A DNA stretch of 64,000 nucleotides from IMG/VR virus record IMGVR_UViG_3300017909_004140, positions 1-64,000 of that record; one strand, 5' to 3'. Below are positions 17,882-28,194 of this stretch, one piece after another. The position numbers and the translations under genes were made by a program. The DNA is from a virus. Lineage: Duplodnaviria; Caudoviricetes. How positions within the stretch are numbered: position 1 is the stretch's first letter; every line of letters starts with the position of its first letter. The notes beneath the pieces were generated by a model, which was not told the DNA's origin, made no database searches, and saw only the letters and a program-made list of their open reading frames with translations.

Positions 17882-19717
17882 CTATACATTACTTACATTA
17901 TTTTCTTTTTTGACATGAATTTTATCAATTAGAGGATGTGTAAAATCATGAGATATTAAAAATACATTTAAATTTTCTTCTTCTTGTAGTACTTCTATTA
18001 GTTTTTCTTTTCCTTCGTCATCTAACACACCAGTTATTTCATCAAGGAATAACAGGTTTACATGGTTACCTCCTAGTTTGGACATAACCTTTCTAATTGC
18101 TAGTAGTATGGAAGTTTGAATACGACTAAATTCTCCTCCAGAAACAGTCTCAATAGGCGTATCGACTCCATTGTTAATTACAACAATGTTTAGTTTTTCT
18201 CCTGTAAGTCTAAATACGACTTGAAACTGGCCGTCAGATAATTCTGCTAGATATAAATTGATTTGTTCTTCAAGTTCTTTTGTTAAATTTTCTAACTTGA
18301 AAGCAACAATTCCTGTAGTGCTGAAAGCTTTTTTAAGAATATTTAAGTGTTTATTTTTAGACTGTAAAGAAAGTATATCATCACTCAATACCTTTTGTCT
18401 ATTTATAAATTGTCTTTTTTGCTCTTTTAGAGCTTCTACTTTAGTATTGTGTATCTTAACTTGTTCATTATGTTCTGTAGCTGTTTTATAATTTTTTTCT
18501 TGTTCTTCTAATTTGTTTTTTATATCTTGTAAATCTTTTTCAATCTTAGAATAGTCTGGATACTCTGTTTGCAAAGAAAAATCGATTAGCTGCGAAAGAT
18601 TTTCGAATCTCTCAGCTGATTTTTGATTGATTACAAATGCGTCAATTTCTGTTTGTATCTGATTTTTCTGAATTTTTAATTCAGATAATTTTTCTCGAGC
18701 TACATTTCTATGTTGAGAAAAATCATCTAAATCTGCCCAAAGATTTTCTTTCATTTGAACAGCATGAGTGTTATCTAGTGCTTGACCACAGGCATAGCAT
18801 GTATCTGCTGTATCTAAATCTTCTAAACTTGCATTTGCTTTTTTTATATCAGCATCAATAGATTGAATCTCTGTTTGAGTATCATTTATTCTTTTTTGTA
18901 AATTTTCATACTCTGTGTAGTCTGGTTCTGATAGAGAGATATCGAATGACAAAGAGTCTCTCTCTTCAATCAATAAATTATTCTTATCTATCTTTTTACA
19001 TAAATTATTATAATCTAAAAGCTCATTTTCAAGCCGAGCCAAAGAATTTCTTAAATTACTATCTACTTCAGGAACTTCTACTAGTTTTTGTTCTTCCTCT
19101 ATACTAGTGCTATCTAGAAAGTCATCAACTCCTTTTAGCTCTCCTTCTAGTTTTAGTTGTTCTCTGTCTGAAGCATTAAGTTTGACTTTAATAGCTTCTC
19201 CAATACTCACATATTTTTCAAGATTAAATAAATTGATTAAAAACTTTTTTCTATTTGTATCTGTGGCTTTTAGAAACTCTAGTAAGTCTGTAGAGGACTG
19301 ATAGGTCAACTGTGAAAATACTTCAAAATCTAATCCAACTATTTCACTAATTTTTTTATAAGTATCTAGTACTTTATGCTCACTTAGATCAGTACCGTCT
19401 TCTAGTAATTTTACTTTTGTTGATGCTCCAGTTCTTTTTACTTCTACAGTATATTCTTTATCCAAACTAGAAAAAGTCAGTGTTGCTCCCCAGTTCTTAT
19501 TTTTACTGTATCTGTTTAAGATGTCTCCTTTTTTAATACCTTTTATGTTTTTATTAAATAAAACCTCTTGTAGTATTAAAGCAATACTAGATTTTCCACT
19601 ACCATTAGGAGCAGTTAACTGAGTAATTCTGTTTTTATTAAAGTTTATTTTATTATTTTCTCCATAACTAAACATATTAGAGAAAGTTAATTCTTTTAAA
19701 GTTATTGTCATTACCAC
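17882..19717 (-). CDS. SbcC/Rad50-like ATPase (T5 D13-like)
   Basis: Walker A NGSGKSS, zinc hook CYAC, signature SGGE, LFLDE, ISH. Confidence 0.92.
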   Translation of the reverse strand: MVMTITLKELTFSNMFSYGENNKINFNKNRITQLTAPNGSGKSSIALILQEVLFNKNIKGIKKGDILNRYSKNKNWGATLTFSSLDKEYTVEVKRTGASTKVKLLEDGTDLSEHKVLDTYKKISEIVGLDFEVFSQLTYQSSTDLLEFLKATDTNRKKFLINLFNLEKYVSIGEAIKVKLNASDREQLKLEGELKGVDDFLDSTSIEEEQKLVEVPEVDSNLRNSLARLENELLDYNNLCKKIDKNNLLIEERDSLSFDISLSEPDYTEYENLQKRINDTQTEIQSIDADIKKANASLEDLDTADTCYACGQALDNTHAVQMKENLWADLDDFSQHRNVAREKLSELKIQKNQIQTEIDAFVINQKSAERFENLSQLIDFSLQTEYPDYSKIEKDLQDIKNKLEEQEKNYKTATEHNEQVKIHNTKVEALKEQKRQFINRQKVLSDDILSLQSKNKHLNILKKAFSTTGIVAFKLENLTKELEEQINLYLAELSDGQFQVVFRLTGEKLNIVVINNGVDTPIETVSGGEFSRIQTSILLAIRKVMSKLGGNHVNLLFLDEITGVLDDEGKEKLIEVLQEEENLNVFLISHDFTHPLIDKIHVKKENNVSNV

Positions 19718-20301
19718 ATCACTCCTGTAGAAGTTCCATTATGAGTAACGATAGGTCTAGTAACCGCTAGTAGTTCTATATTAATACTAACTCTATATTC
19801 ATTTGAGTGTAATTGAGGGTTTGGTTTGTGATCCATCCAATAAGGCCAAAAATATATGTGTCCTTCTTTTACAGGCATATTAGTCACCCCTTCTCCGTCT
19901 CTAATCGCAAGAGTGCCTGTAGGATCTGGAATACTAGGGTACCAAACAGCATTAATAGTAGTAGAGTGCTTATGATTATGCCAAACACTATTAAATCGTT
20001 CTTTATTTTGTACATATGCCCACATAATTTTTTTATTTTTTGGAGCCAATTGCAGATTTGTAAAGTTTCTATGACAAATCTGTACAAAATCATCATATAA
20101 CTTATCTATTAAAGGAAACTCTTCTGGAGCTAACATAACATTGTAACCAAAGCTTGGGTCAAAATCTCTCTTAAAAGTGTTAACAGCAAAATCTACTACT
20201 TCTTTTTTGTACTGATCCCATTGTCTGATAGGAGCTTCTAAGAAATAATAGTACGGTTGGTTTTTTTGATTATGTTGTAACATGGGTTGTAAATCTAACA
20301 T
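19711..20301 (-). CDS. Putative 2OG-Fe(II) oxygenase
   Basis: WHNH, INAVWY, FWPYWMDH, RVSINIE pattern of the DSBH dioxygenase fold. Confidence 0.7.
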   Translation of the reverse strand: MLDLQPMLQHNQKNQPYYYFLEAPIRQWDQYKKEVVDFAVNTFKRDFDPSFGYNVMLAPEEFPLIDKLYDDFVQICHRNFTNLQLAPKNKKIMWAYVQNKERFNSVWHNHKHSTTINAVWYPSIPDPTGTLAIRDGEGVTNMPVKEGHIYFWPYWMDHKPNPQLHSNEYRVSINIELLAVTRPIVTHNGTSTGVMW

Positions 20302-21269
20302 TATATCACCTTTAAATCATTAAACTCTTTAAGAGTACCTTCAATATCTGCTACTTTTAAATATTCAAGATAGAGCTTTAGTTCTTCATAGAGAGTCAGA
20401 TCTTTTAAGTCTAGTTTAGACTCTTCTGAAGGTTCGTAAGAAACTTTTTTATCTAGTAGCTCTGAGTTTTTTATTTTTGATAACTCATCAATAGACCCCA
20501 TGACTTCATACACTGCATGATGATATTTATCAGGAACCATTTCTTCATTAGTTTTAATAGTTTTTCTAAGAAGTTTAGGTAAAGCAAGATCAATAAATTC
20601 TACACTATAATTTTTATCATCTATACAGTGTAGTACGTTGACTCCATATTTTTTAGCTTCATCTCTATCAAAGTGTGTATTTATAGGACTACCGCTATAG
20701 TATGCCCCATAGTCTTGATACCTGTGATTAAAATGAATATCTCCAAGCAGTATCATATGCCACTTTCTTAATTTTTCAAAGTCATATTCAGCTGTAATGT
20801 GAGGAGGAACTTCTCCTCTAATATGTGCAACTAGTACATCTCCTGATACATACTCAGGTAGTTTTTCAAGTTGCATCTCTCCGTAAGGCCAAAACTGAAT
20901 ACCAAAAGGCCAGTCTGGTTCTTTTACTCTTTTATTTTCAGTGAAAAGTCTTACATTAGAGTTAGTAATAACTGCGTCTTCATTAAAGTGTTCTAAAAAA
21001 GTTTTACCTTTTTTTGTTGCTTCATGATTTCCTGGAATAATAAAAGTGGGAATAGACACACAATTAATGTAAGATAGAAATAAACATATTTCATCAGGTT
21101 CAGGTTTTCTATCAAAAACATCTCCTGCTATAATATGAATATCACAAGACTTTTCAAGCTCATGCAGTTTTTCAAACATGAGCTTGAAACGATTTTCTTG
21201 CCACTCTATCGGTATTTTTTTCTTATGAAGATTGATATGCCAATCAGCAGAGTGAAGAATCTTAAACAT
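20301..21269 (-). CDS. SbcD/Mre11-like metallophosphoesterase nuclease (T5 D12-like)
   Basis: ADWH, GDVFD, GNHE, GDIH, YSGSP. Confidence 0.92.
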   Translation of the reverse strand: MFKILHSADWHINLHKKKIPIEWQENRFKLMFEKLHELEKSCDIHIIAGDVFDRKPEPDEICLFLSYINCVSIPTFIIPGNHEATKKGKTFLEHFNEDAVITNSNVRLFTENKRVKEPDWPFGIQFWPYGEMQLEKLPEYVSGDVLVAHIRGEVPPHITAEYDFEKLRKWHMILLGDIHFNHRYQDYGAYYSGSPINTHFDRDEAKKYGVNVLHCIDDKNYSVEFIDLALPKLLRKTIKTNEEMVPDKYHHAVYEVMGSIDELSKIKNSELLDKKVSYEPSEESKLDLKDLTLYEELKLYLEYLKVADIEGTLKEFNDLKVI

Positions 21270-21271
21270 AG

Positions 21272-22126
21272 TTACTCACTGTTCCAATTAAATATTTTAT
21301 TAACATCGCCTTGGAAAGTATAACTGCCTACGTGATTAAGCCTTGTATTAGGATCTAACCAGATTTCTCCGCCAATTTTTTGCCAACGTCTGCAGAAAGT
21401 GTAGTCTTCTGACAAATATCTGTTATCATCTGGATCGTGGATAGTATCGAAGAAAGAGTAACAATATTGATTATATTTTGGATCTATAGAACTATCATTT
21501 ACATAAAACAGTTCTGGATAGGACTCTATCATTCTTTCGACAACTTGTCTTTTTACCATAAAAAATCCTGTAGACGCATCTAGTACTTCTACAGCACCGT
21601 TTTCTACTCTCACTTGTTTGCGAGCTTCATCAACAAACTTTAAATTAATTGCATAGTCAATCGGTAAAGTTTTCTTAGGATATGCTCCTGCGATAATATC
21701 TTTATCCATAGCCAGCATTCTAATAATTGCGTCATCTTCCCACTCAATATCGGCATCAATAAACATTAGGTGTGTACAATTGCTTTCTAAAAACATCGCC
21801 GTTAGAATATTTCTAGCTCTAGAAATCAAACTTTCATTTCTAAGAGTTGTAAGTCTAAAATTGATACCGTGTTGAATTAGCGCTTGAGTAGTCTTAAACA
21901 TACTTAAAAAATACTGATCAGTTATAAGCCCCCCATAACAAGGAGTGGCGAAAAAGATATTATTTTCCCTTAAAACCGATGTATCAATAGTTACTTGATT
22001 ACCTTCTACGTGTTTAATTGCAGAAGGCAGAGACATAGTGCTACTATCAGTCTTCTTAGGTTTTGTGTTTTTATTAGTCTCTTTATTCTCGTCTAGTATA
22101 TCAGAGAGCTTATATTTTTTAGCCAT
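21272..22126 (-). CDS. GT-A-fold glycosyltransferase-like protein
   Basis: ATPCYGG, ESLISRARN, FIDAD (DxD), TGFFMVKR, YLSEDYTFC, HVG. Confidence 0.75.
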   Translation of the reverse strand: MAKKYKLSDILDENKETNKNTKPKKTDSSTMSLPSAIKHVEGNQVTIDTSVLRENNIFFATPCYGGLITDQYFLSMFKTTQALIQHGINFRLTTLRNESLISRARNILTAMFLESNCTHLMFIDADIEWEDDAIIRMLAMDKDIIAGAYPKKTLPIDYAINLKFVDEARKQVRVENGAVEVLDASTGFFMVKRQVVERMIESYPELFYVNDSSIDPKYNQYCYSFFDTIHDPDDNRYLSEDYTFCRRWQKIGGEIWLDPNTRLNHVGSYTFQGDVNKIFNWNSE

Positions 22127-22785
22127 TAGTCTAAGTCCTCAACGCTTTCTGGAGAAAATGAATTATCATCATCTCCTGCAAATAGTGCAGTATTTTCTAA
22201 GAGCCATCTTTTTTGCTCTGTATAGTCTGGTCTTTTATAAATGCGATCTAATTCAAATAGATCAGCTTCTTTTTCACTATCAGTTAAAGCTGTAGACGCT
22301 CTTGCAGGACGAACTGTATATTTTACGTTTTGTGGTAAAGGACCAGTTTTTTCTTTTACAATAGTGATATCGTAACCAGTAGTTTCATCGGCAGGATTTC
22401 CATATTCTGCATCTTTTGCAAAATCGACAATCTGACGATAAATAGTAGCTTTCAGATCAAATAGTTTTACTTGATCATCATTTCTATCAATTACATTACA
22501 CACATAAGCAAACTGAGGCTTATCTGCATAGATGTCAGCAGAAATTTCATCAAAAGGATCTTCTGTCCCTGAGAACTGCTCTGTATTTCTATCAAATTTT
22601 AAGCACTCAACTGGCATACGTTTACCTTCTTTCGTAGTTAGCCAGTATACGTACCGAGGTAAAACCTCTCCTACTAGACGAATTTTATTATCCCCGTTTT
22701 GAAGACTAATTCTTTGAATTTCTTTTCTCTCGCTTGAACCTTGTGATTTAATTCCTTGAGTTTTGTCCCATGATACCATGATCAT
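22126..22785 (-). CDS. T5 D11-like protein (putative ssDNA-binding)
   Basis: KIRLVGEVLPRYVYW, GYDI..KEKTGPLPQNVKY, acidic tail; T5 synteny. Confidence 0.8.
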   Translation of the reverse strand: MIMVSWDKTQGIKSQGSSERKEIQRISLQNGDNKIRLVGEVLPRYVYWLTTKEGKRMPVECLKFDRNTEQFSGTEDPFDEISADIYADKPQFAYVCNVIDRNDDQVKLFDLKATIYRQIVDFAKDAEYGNPADETTGYDITIVKEKTGPLPQNVKYTVRPARASTALTDSEKEADLFELDRIYKRPDYTEQKRWLLENTALFAGDDDNSFSPESVEDLD

Positions 22786-23255
22786 TCTCCTTCGTATATG
22801 AATTTTAAGTTGTTTGTTTCGTGTTTTATCAGTGGATTGTCTAAGTTTGCAACAATTTCATTCTTGAAAATATCATAGTTTAGACAATCAGTAGTATCAG
22901 ACATTTTTCTATGGCCTAGTAAATATAAATAGTTTATTTTATGTTCTATAGGCATGTCTAAAAATATAAATCTTTTATTTTTAAAATAGGCATCAGGATT
23001 TTTTGCTTTGTAGCGTCCTATGATGCCTTTATTAGAATTTATCAATAATTTTCTTTTAAATAGTGTGTTTGGGATTCTACTTATTTTTAAAGAATTTAAT
23101 AAGTGTTTTGAATTCCACGCTATAATAGAATTATAGCTTTTTGTCAGAGCAAATGTCAAGATTAATATAGATTCCGGTTCGTAGTTGGCTTTTTGTCTAA
23201 GATCAAACCAGCTATATTCGTATTTCATATAATATAACCCCTGCTTTGATACCAA
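22782..23255 (-). CDS. Conserved hypothetical protein between D10 and D11
   Basis: ORF at the T5-syntenic position (start probably 23228). Confidence 0.7.
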   Translation of the reverse strand: MVSKQGLYYMKYEYSWFDLRQKANYEPESILILTFALTKSYNSIIAWNSKHLLNSLKISRIPNTLFKRKLLINSNKGIIGRYKAKNPDAYFKNKRFIFLDMPIEHKINYLYLLGHRKMSDTTDCLNYDIFKNEIVANLDNPLIKHETNNLKFIYEGE

Positions 23256-24520
23256 GCAAGTCGTTTTCTTTGTTGATTATTTACTATGGCTCCTTTAAAC
23301 CAAAAGTCTTTTACTAGTGGAACATTTTTTTCTGGATGTTCTCTAATTATTCTACCTATTCTTTGTTCTAACTTAATAGGATTATTATTAGGACAGGTTA
23401 AGTATAACGTGTCTAGTCTATGACAGGAGATACCTTCATCAAATATTTTAGTAGATAGAATAGCCATATATTTAGATCCAGCTGTTTTTAGTATCTCTTT
23501 TCTATTATCCTCTGTAGTTTCTCCAATAAGCAAAACACTTTTATCTATCATTTTTTGAAGAGTTTTTAACATATCTACTCTTTCAGATAATATTAGTAAA
23601 CATCTGCCATTAGCTATATCTTGTGTAGCTTCTTTCGCAATAAGAGATAGTAGTGCTTTATTCTGTGTAATTTTATTCATCTGCCTAGACCAATCTCTTT
23701 TTGGCTCTATCACATTAAATCCTACATCTGTATGTATTAATTCTATTCTCGGAGTTTCGTGTTCTTTTTCATCTCTAGCTACGACTCTGAAGGGAGTAAA
23801 AAAATCATTTAAAACAATATGTTTACCGTCTTTTCTTCTTGGAGTAGCAGTAACAGCTATCTTAATTTTACAATTAATATTGTTTACAGTAGTTGAGAAT
23901 AAGTCAGCAGGGCATAGGTGAGCTTCATCAACAAAAATTAGACTAAAGTTATCTCTAATTTTTTCCATATTGTTATGTACACTTTTATATATTCCTACTG
24001 TTAGATTGGTTAGTTTAAACTCTCCATCTCCGATAACTCCTATTTCTACTCCAGGAATTAAATTTTCTAACTCTTGTTGCCACTGTTTAAATAATAGTTT
24101 TGTATGCACAATAATTAGTGTAGGCATATCAGCTTTTGCTATTAAAGAACAGGCTGCATATGTCTTACCCCAACCACAGGGAGCCTGGAATAACCCACTT
24201 CTGACTCTACCAATTTTAAAAAAAGCGTCTACAACATCTTGTTGTTCTTGTCTTAAACTACCGCTAAAAGAAAATTTAGCGTCTTCATTTGCAAAGAAGT
24301 TTCTTGAGTCTTTATAGTTTTCTATCTCTAACTTATAGTAGGAGTTTGAAGGAACAGAATAAATATCTTCTTCTTCGTCATAGTCATACGTATAGAAAGC
24401 TACATCGTCTAAAATATAACTATAGGCTCTTTCAAATTTTTCTATATCTTCTATGTCAGAACCATTAATATAAATCTTATCTGATAGTTCTGCATAATTT
24501 ACTTTAATCTTATCTGTCAT
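23225..24520 (-). CDS. SF2 DExH helicase (T5 D10-like)
   Basis: APCGWGKT, DEAH, TATP, EQRIGR. Confidence 0.92.
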   Translation of the reverse strand: MTDKIKVNYAELSDKIYINGSDIEDIEKFERAYSYILDDVAFYTYDYDEEEDIYSVPSNSYYKLEIENYKDSRNFFANEDAKFSFSGSLRQEQQDVVDAFFKIGRVRSGLFQAPCGWGKTYAACSLIAKADMPTLIIVHTKLLFKQWQQELENLIPGVEIGVIGDGEFKLTNLTVGIYKSVHNNMEKIRDNFSLIFVDEAHLCPADLFSTTVNNINCKIKIAVTATPRRKDGKHIVLNDFFTPFRVVARDEKEHETPRIELIHTDVGFNVIEPKRDWSRQMNKITQNKALLSLIAKEATQDIANGRCLLILSERVDMLKTLQKMIDKSVLLIGETTEDNRKEILKTAGSKYMAILSTKIFDEGISCHRLDTLYLTCPNNNPIKLEQRIGRIIREHPEKNVPLVKDFWFKGAIVNNQQRKRLAWYQSRGYII

Positions 24521-25041
24521 ATAACTATGTAATCACTATAATTCTCATACTCGTATGAAAAACTTTTTAGGAACCACTCTCCATTGATATTTACAATAGT
24601 TGCCCATAACTCGTCTACGTTACTATTCTCTACAGGCACTTTTAGATCAAAAGGAGCGAGTATTTTGTCTAGCCATACCTTTTTATCTTTTAGTTTTATT
24701 ACTTTTCTACACTCTACAGGTAGATTTTGTTTATGAGTTAGATTATAAATCTGACCGCTAGAATCTACACACCATTCTAGATTTTCATAACTAAAAACTA
24801 ACTGTTCTCTGTTTATTATACTATAATCAAAAACAATTCGGTTGTCTGGGTGTTGTTCTTCTAGTTTAAAAAGTCTTTCTGAGTACTTTTCTACATCTTC
24901 TACCATTATATCAAAAATATACTCTTTACCATGAGGCTGTTTTGTTATAATGATAGAGTCTTCTTTGTAAGACACTTTAAAAGGCACATCTTTTAAAGCA
25001 AAGGCTGGGTATTCAATCTTGTCAATTATCTTATTTATCAT
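24517..25041 (-). CDS. Hypothetical protein between polymerase and D10
   Basis: ORF with ATGA overlaps; T5-syntenic position. Confidence 0.75.
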   Translation of the reverse strand: MINKIIDKIEYPAFALKDVPFKVSYKEDSIIITKQPHGKEYIFDIMVEDVEKYSERLFKLEEQHPDNRIVFDYSIINREQLVFSYENLEWCVDSSGQIYNLTHKQNLPVECRKVIKLKDKKVWLDKILAPFDLKVPVENSNVDELWATIVNINGEWFLKSFSYEYENYSDYIVI

Positions 25042-27290
25042 ACACTAAATCCTTTCAGCTCTCCCCAACTAGGCCCGATCTCGAAATCTACTCCAATAGG
25101 ACATCCTTCGATTTCGACTCCTCTAGGAGTTTGAAGTGCTTTAGTGCAATTGATTGCCCACTCTTCACAAAGATTATCTCTAACCTCTGCAACAATAGAG
25201 TCATGAACAACTGTAAAAGGCAGAATATCTTCTTGATAACCTTTTTCATCAATCCATTTCATTGCGTCAATTAATCCTAAAACATTAATATCAGAGGCAA
25301 CTGACTGAACCAGGAAGTTTACCCCAGACCTAATAGCGTGCTTTGCTACTCCTTGATTAGGAGATCGAGATTCAGGTAATCTACGTTTACGTCCAAACTG
25401 AGAGTATATATACGCATTATTTTCAATTTGACGGTTAGCTGAATCAATCCAGCGCTTGAGATTATAGGCTTCACTAAAGTATTTGTTAATAAAAGATTTT
25501 GCATCGGTAAATCCTACATTAGCAGTTTCTGCGATTTTAGCAGGACCAGCTTGATACATGATACCAAAAGTGATAGCTTTTGCGTGCTGTCTTTTATCTC
25601 CAAAAGTATTTTTTACTTCGTTAACTTCACAAGGAAGATTAAATATTTGTTTAGCTACATAAGAGTGGAAGTCTAGTTTTTCAATAAAAGCTCGTTGTAG
25701 AAACTTATCACCACTTAGAGCAGCTGCATAGTATACTTCGGCTGTTTGTAAGTCGCACTGCATAATCTTAAACCCAGGTCTAGCACGAAACATTCTTTTA
25801 ATATCTTTATTATCGCGAGGAATGTTTTGATAGTTAAGATTACCGCTCGAAGACAAACGACCAGAAGTAGTTCCGTGAATATTAAATCCTGATCTAAGAC
25901 GACTATCTTGGTCTACCCCGTTTTGGATATTAGATAAGTAGGTATTAGTTAGCTTTGTTTTTTCTCTTAAATCAAGAATTGCCTCTGCCAGAGGGTGATT
26001 TAGTTCTTGTAGAACTTCTTTGTCAGTAGATTCAGCCCCTGTAGATGTTTTCTTTGTCGATTTCAGTTTTAGAATCTTAAAGAACACTTCTCGTAATTGT
26101 ACTGTGCTGTTAGGATTAAAAGTTTTTTCGTTTAGTCTTTCATATCTTTGAACAGCTTCGTGCATTGAAATTTCATTAATACACTCTTCAATATCAATTT
26201 CGTAGCCTGCTTTTACTTCTTGTAGCATTGACGTGTCTATATATCCGCCATTCTTTTCAAGTCGCATAAGTGCTGATGTTGCGGGTAATAGTATTTCTTT
26301 ATATAGTTTTGTAAAGCCTTCACTTCTATCAATAAGAGGCCAAAACTTATTGTAAAGTTGAAACGTGGCATCTGCATCACGTTCAGCGTAAGGCGCGAGA
26401 ATATCAATCGGAATCATCCCATAGTTAAAATCTTCTAGTTTGATTTTGTTTTTACGACAAAATACTTTTTTATAGTCATCAAGTTCTTTTTCATAGTCTC
26501 CTAAGTCTGTAAATCGCAGTGCTAGAGATTTCAGCCCATGAGTTCCTACAGCTTCTTCAAGGCAATAGTGCATCAACATAGTGTCGTCAAAGTCAGGAAA
26601 ATCAAAATCGAATTCATACTCTAAAAATCCCATATCGAATTTTCCGTTATGAAAAATACATTTTCTACTTGCAAAAAGATCGTGCAGTTGTTGTTTATAG
26701 GCATGACATATTTCAGAAGATACGTAGATGCCTTCATGAGGTTTTGTACTTAGGGCGATACCTAACACGTTTGAACTTCTTGGATTAAGTCCAGAAGTTT
26801 CAATATCAACTACAATAGGATTAGCGTTTTGTAAATCTTCAAGATACTTTTCAAATCCAGCTCTAGTATCAATAAATCTATAATCTTTTTCATGAGTGGT
26901 ATTATCCACTTCTCCAGCTAATATTCTATTTAACATAGAAAACGCTTTAATAATATCTTCTTCATATTGTGGTTTAAAAACTATCATAGAAGGATTAAGT
27001 AGCGGAAGATATTTCTTTTCAATAAACATTCCGTTGTATTTAGTAATACCAGTCAAACCGCATACATACTTTAAAGACTCAGCACCAATAGGTACAATAA
27101 TCTCATAGTCATTTTTTAGTTTTTCTATGTCACAATCAATATCTTTTTTAAGGATTTTTTCTTTTTCTTGTGAACACAAGAAAACATAGTCTGCTTGATC
27201 TTGAACAGGTTTATCCATAAATTTTGTTAATGCTTTATCAGGATTATTTATCTTAGCAGGATAAACAAACGCAATTTTCTTACTCATCAT
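25038..27290 (-). CDS. Family A DNA polymerase with 3'-5' exonuclease
   Basis: Exo DIET, HNGKFD, YAERD; pol TSGRLSS, DLQTAE, RQHAKAITFGIMY (Phe at the E. coli 762-equivalent position), VHDS. Confidence 0.96.
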   Translation of the reverse strand: MMSKKIAFVYPAKINNPDKALTKFMDKPVQDQADYVFLCSQEKEKILKKDIDCDIEKLKNDYEIIVPIGAESLKYVCGLTGITKYNGMFIEKKYLPLLNPSMIVFKPQYEEDIIKAFSMLNRILAGEVDNTTHEKDYRFIDTRAGFEKYLEDLQNANPIVVDIETSGLNPRSSNVLGIALSTKPHEGIYVSSEICHAYKQQLHDLFASRKCIFHNGKFDMGFLEYEFDFDFPDFDDTMLMHYCLEEAVGTHGLKSLALRFTDLGDYEKELDDYKKVFCRKNKIKLEDFNYGMIPIDILAPYAERDADATFQLYNKFWPLIDRSEGFTKLYKEILLPATSALMRLEKNGGYIDTSMLQEVKAGYEIDIEECINEISMHEAVQRYERLNEKTFNPNSTVQLREVFFKILKLKSTKKTSTGAESTDKEVLQELNHPLAEAILDLREKTKLTNTYLSNIQNGVDQDSRLRSGFNIHGTTSGRLSSSGNLNYQNIPRDNKDIKRMFRARPGFKIMQCDLQTAEVYYAAALSGDKFLQRAFIEKLDFHSYVAKQIFNLPCEVNEVKNTFGDKRQHAKAITFGIMYQAGPAKIAETANVGFTDAKSFINKYFSEAYNLKRWIDSANRQIENNAYIYSQFGRKRRLPESRSPNQGVAKHAIRSGVNFLVQSVASDINVLGLIDAMKWIDEKGYQEDILPFTVVHDSIVAEVRDNLCEEWAINCTKALQTPRGVEIEGCPIGVDFEIGPSWGELKGFSV

Positions 27291-27330
27291 TATTCCTCTT
27301 TTTTAACTCATTCATCATTATATCAACTTT

Positions 27331-28194
27331 TTATCCATTAGACAATAGACTATTTATTTCGTCTAGCACCAAAATACCAGGATCTTTTCCAAGTGGCAAT
27401 TTAATTATAGACGAAGAAATATTGTTTTTAGTTAGAAGATTTCTCACTTTAGCAGCAGCACTTTGTCCTGCCGCATCTCCATCAAACATAATTTGAACAT
27501 TTCTAATACCAATATCATCAAATAGCTTTACTTTTTGTTCATTAAAGTTTTGTGTTCCAAAAACACATAATACATTCCTAAACCCATGTTGCCACATATT
27601 TAACATATCAAATATACCCTCAACAATGAGTACTTTAGATTTATCTTCAAGTTTGTCTAGTGGGAATGCTATATTAGATACATTAACTCCTGCAGGTTTT
27701 CTATTGTATTTTGGTTTGTTTTTAGAATTAAATCTGTATCTTCCTTCAATAAACTTTAGTTTACCGAATTGATATACAGGAATACATACATAGTCTTCAA
27801 ACCCCATTTCGGAAGTAGTAAACATTTTAAACTCTTTTACAGTTTTTTCATCAATACCTCTAAAACCTTGAGTCCATCCTCTGTACTCTGAAGGCATGTT
27901 ACACTCATTTGCTTCAATAAGTTTTTGAAGTTTGTTTTTTAGTTTCTGTATTTTAAAAGCCTGTTTAGTTTCAAAAGTGATTTCACTACTGATACCTATA
28001 CTTTCTAAAAACTTTCGCTTACTTCCTTTAAAACCACAACTCCAACAGTGAAACATATCTTTTTCTAAATTGTAACTTAGACTAGGATCTTTATCTACAT
28101 GTTCCCCTGAAGTACAAGTAATTAGTATTTCACTAGGATTATTAGACTTTTTATAATTTATACCTTTTTCGTTAAGTAAATCTACTAAATCCAT
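27331..28194 (-). CDS. DNA primase (CHC2 zinc finger + TOPRIM)
   Basis: C..H.D..PS...HCWSC; VEGIFD; FDGDAAG; KDPG. Confidence 0.92.
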   Translation of the reverse strand: MDLVDLLNEKGINYKKSNNPSEILITCTSGEHVDKDPSLSYNLEKDMFHCWSCGFKGSKRKFLESIGISSEITFETKQAFKIQKLKNKLQKLIEANECNMPSEYRGWTQGFRGIDEKTVKEFKMFTTSEMGFEDYVCIPVYQFGKLKFIEGRYRFNSKNKPKYNRKPAGVNVSNIAFPLDKLEDKSKVLIVEGIFDMLNMWQHGFRNVLCVFGTQNFNEQKVKLFDDIGIRNVQIMFDGDAAGQSAAAKVRNLLTKNNISSSIIKLPLGKDPGILVLDEINSLLSNG

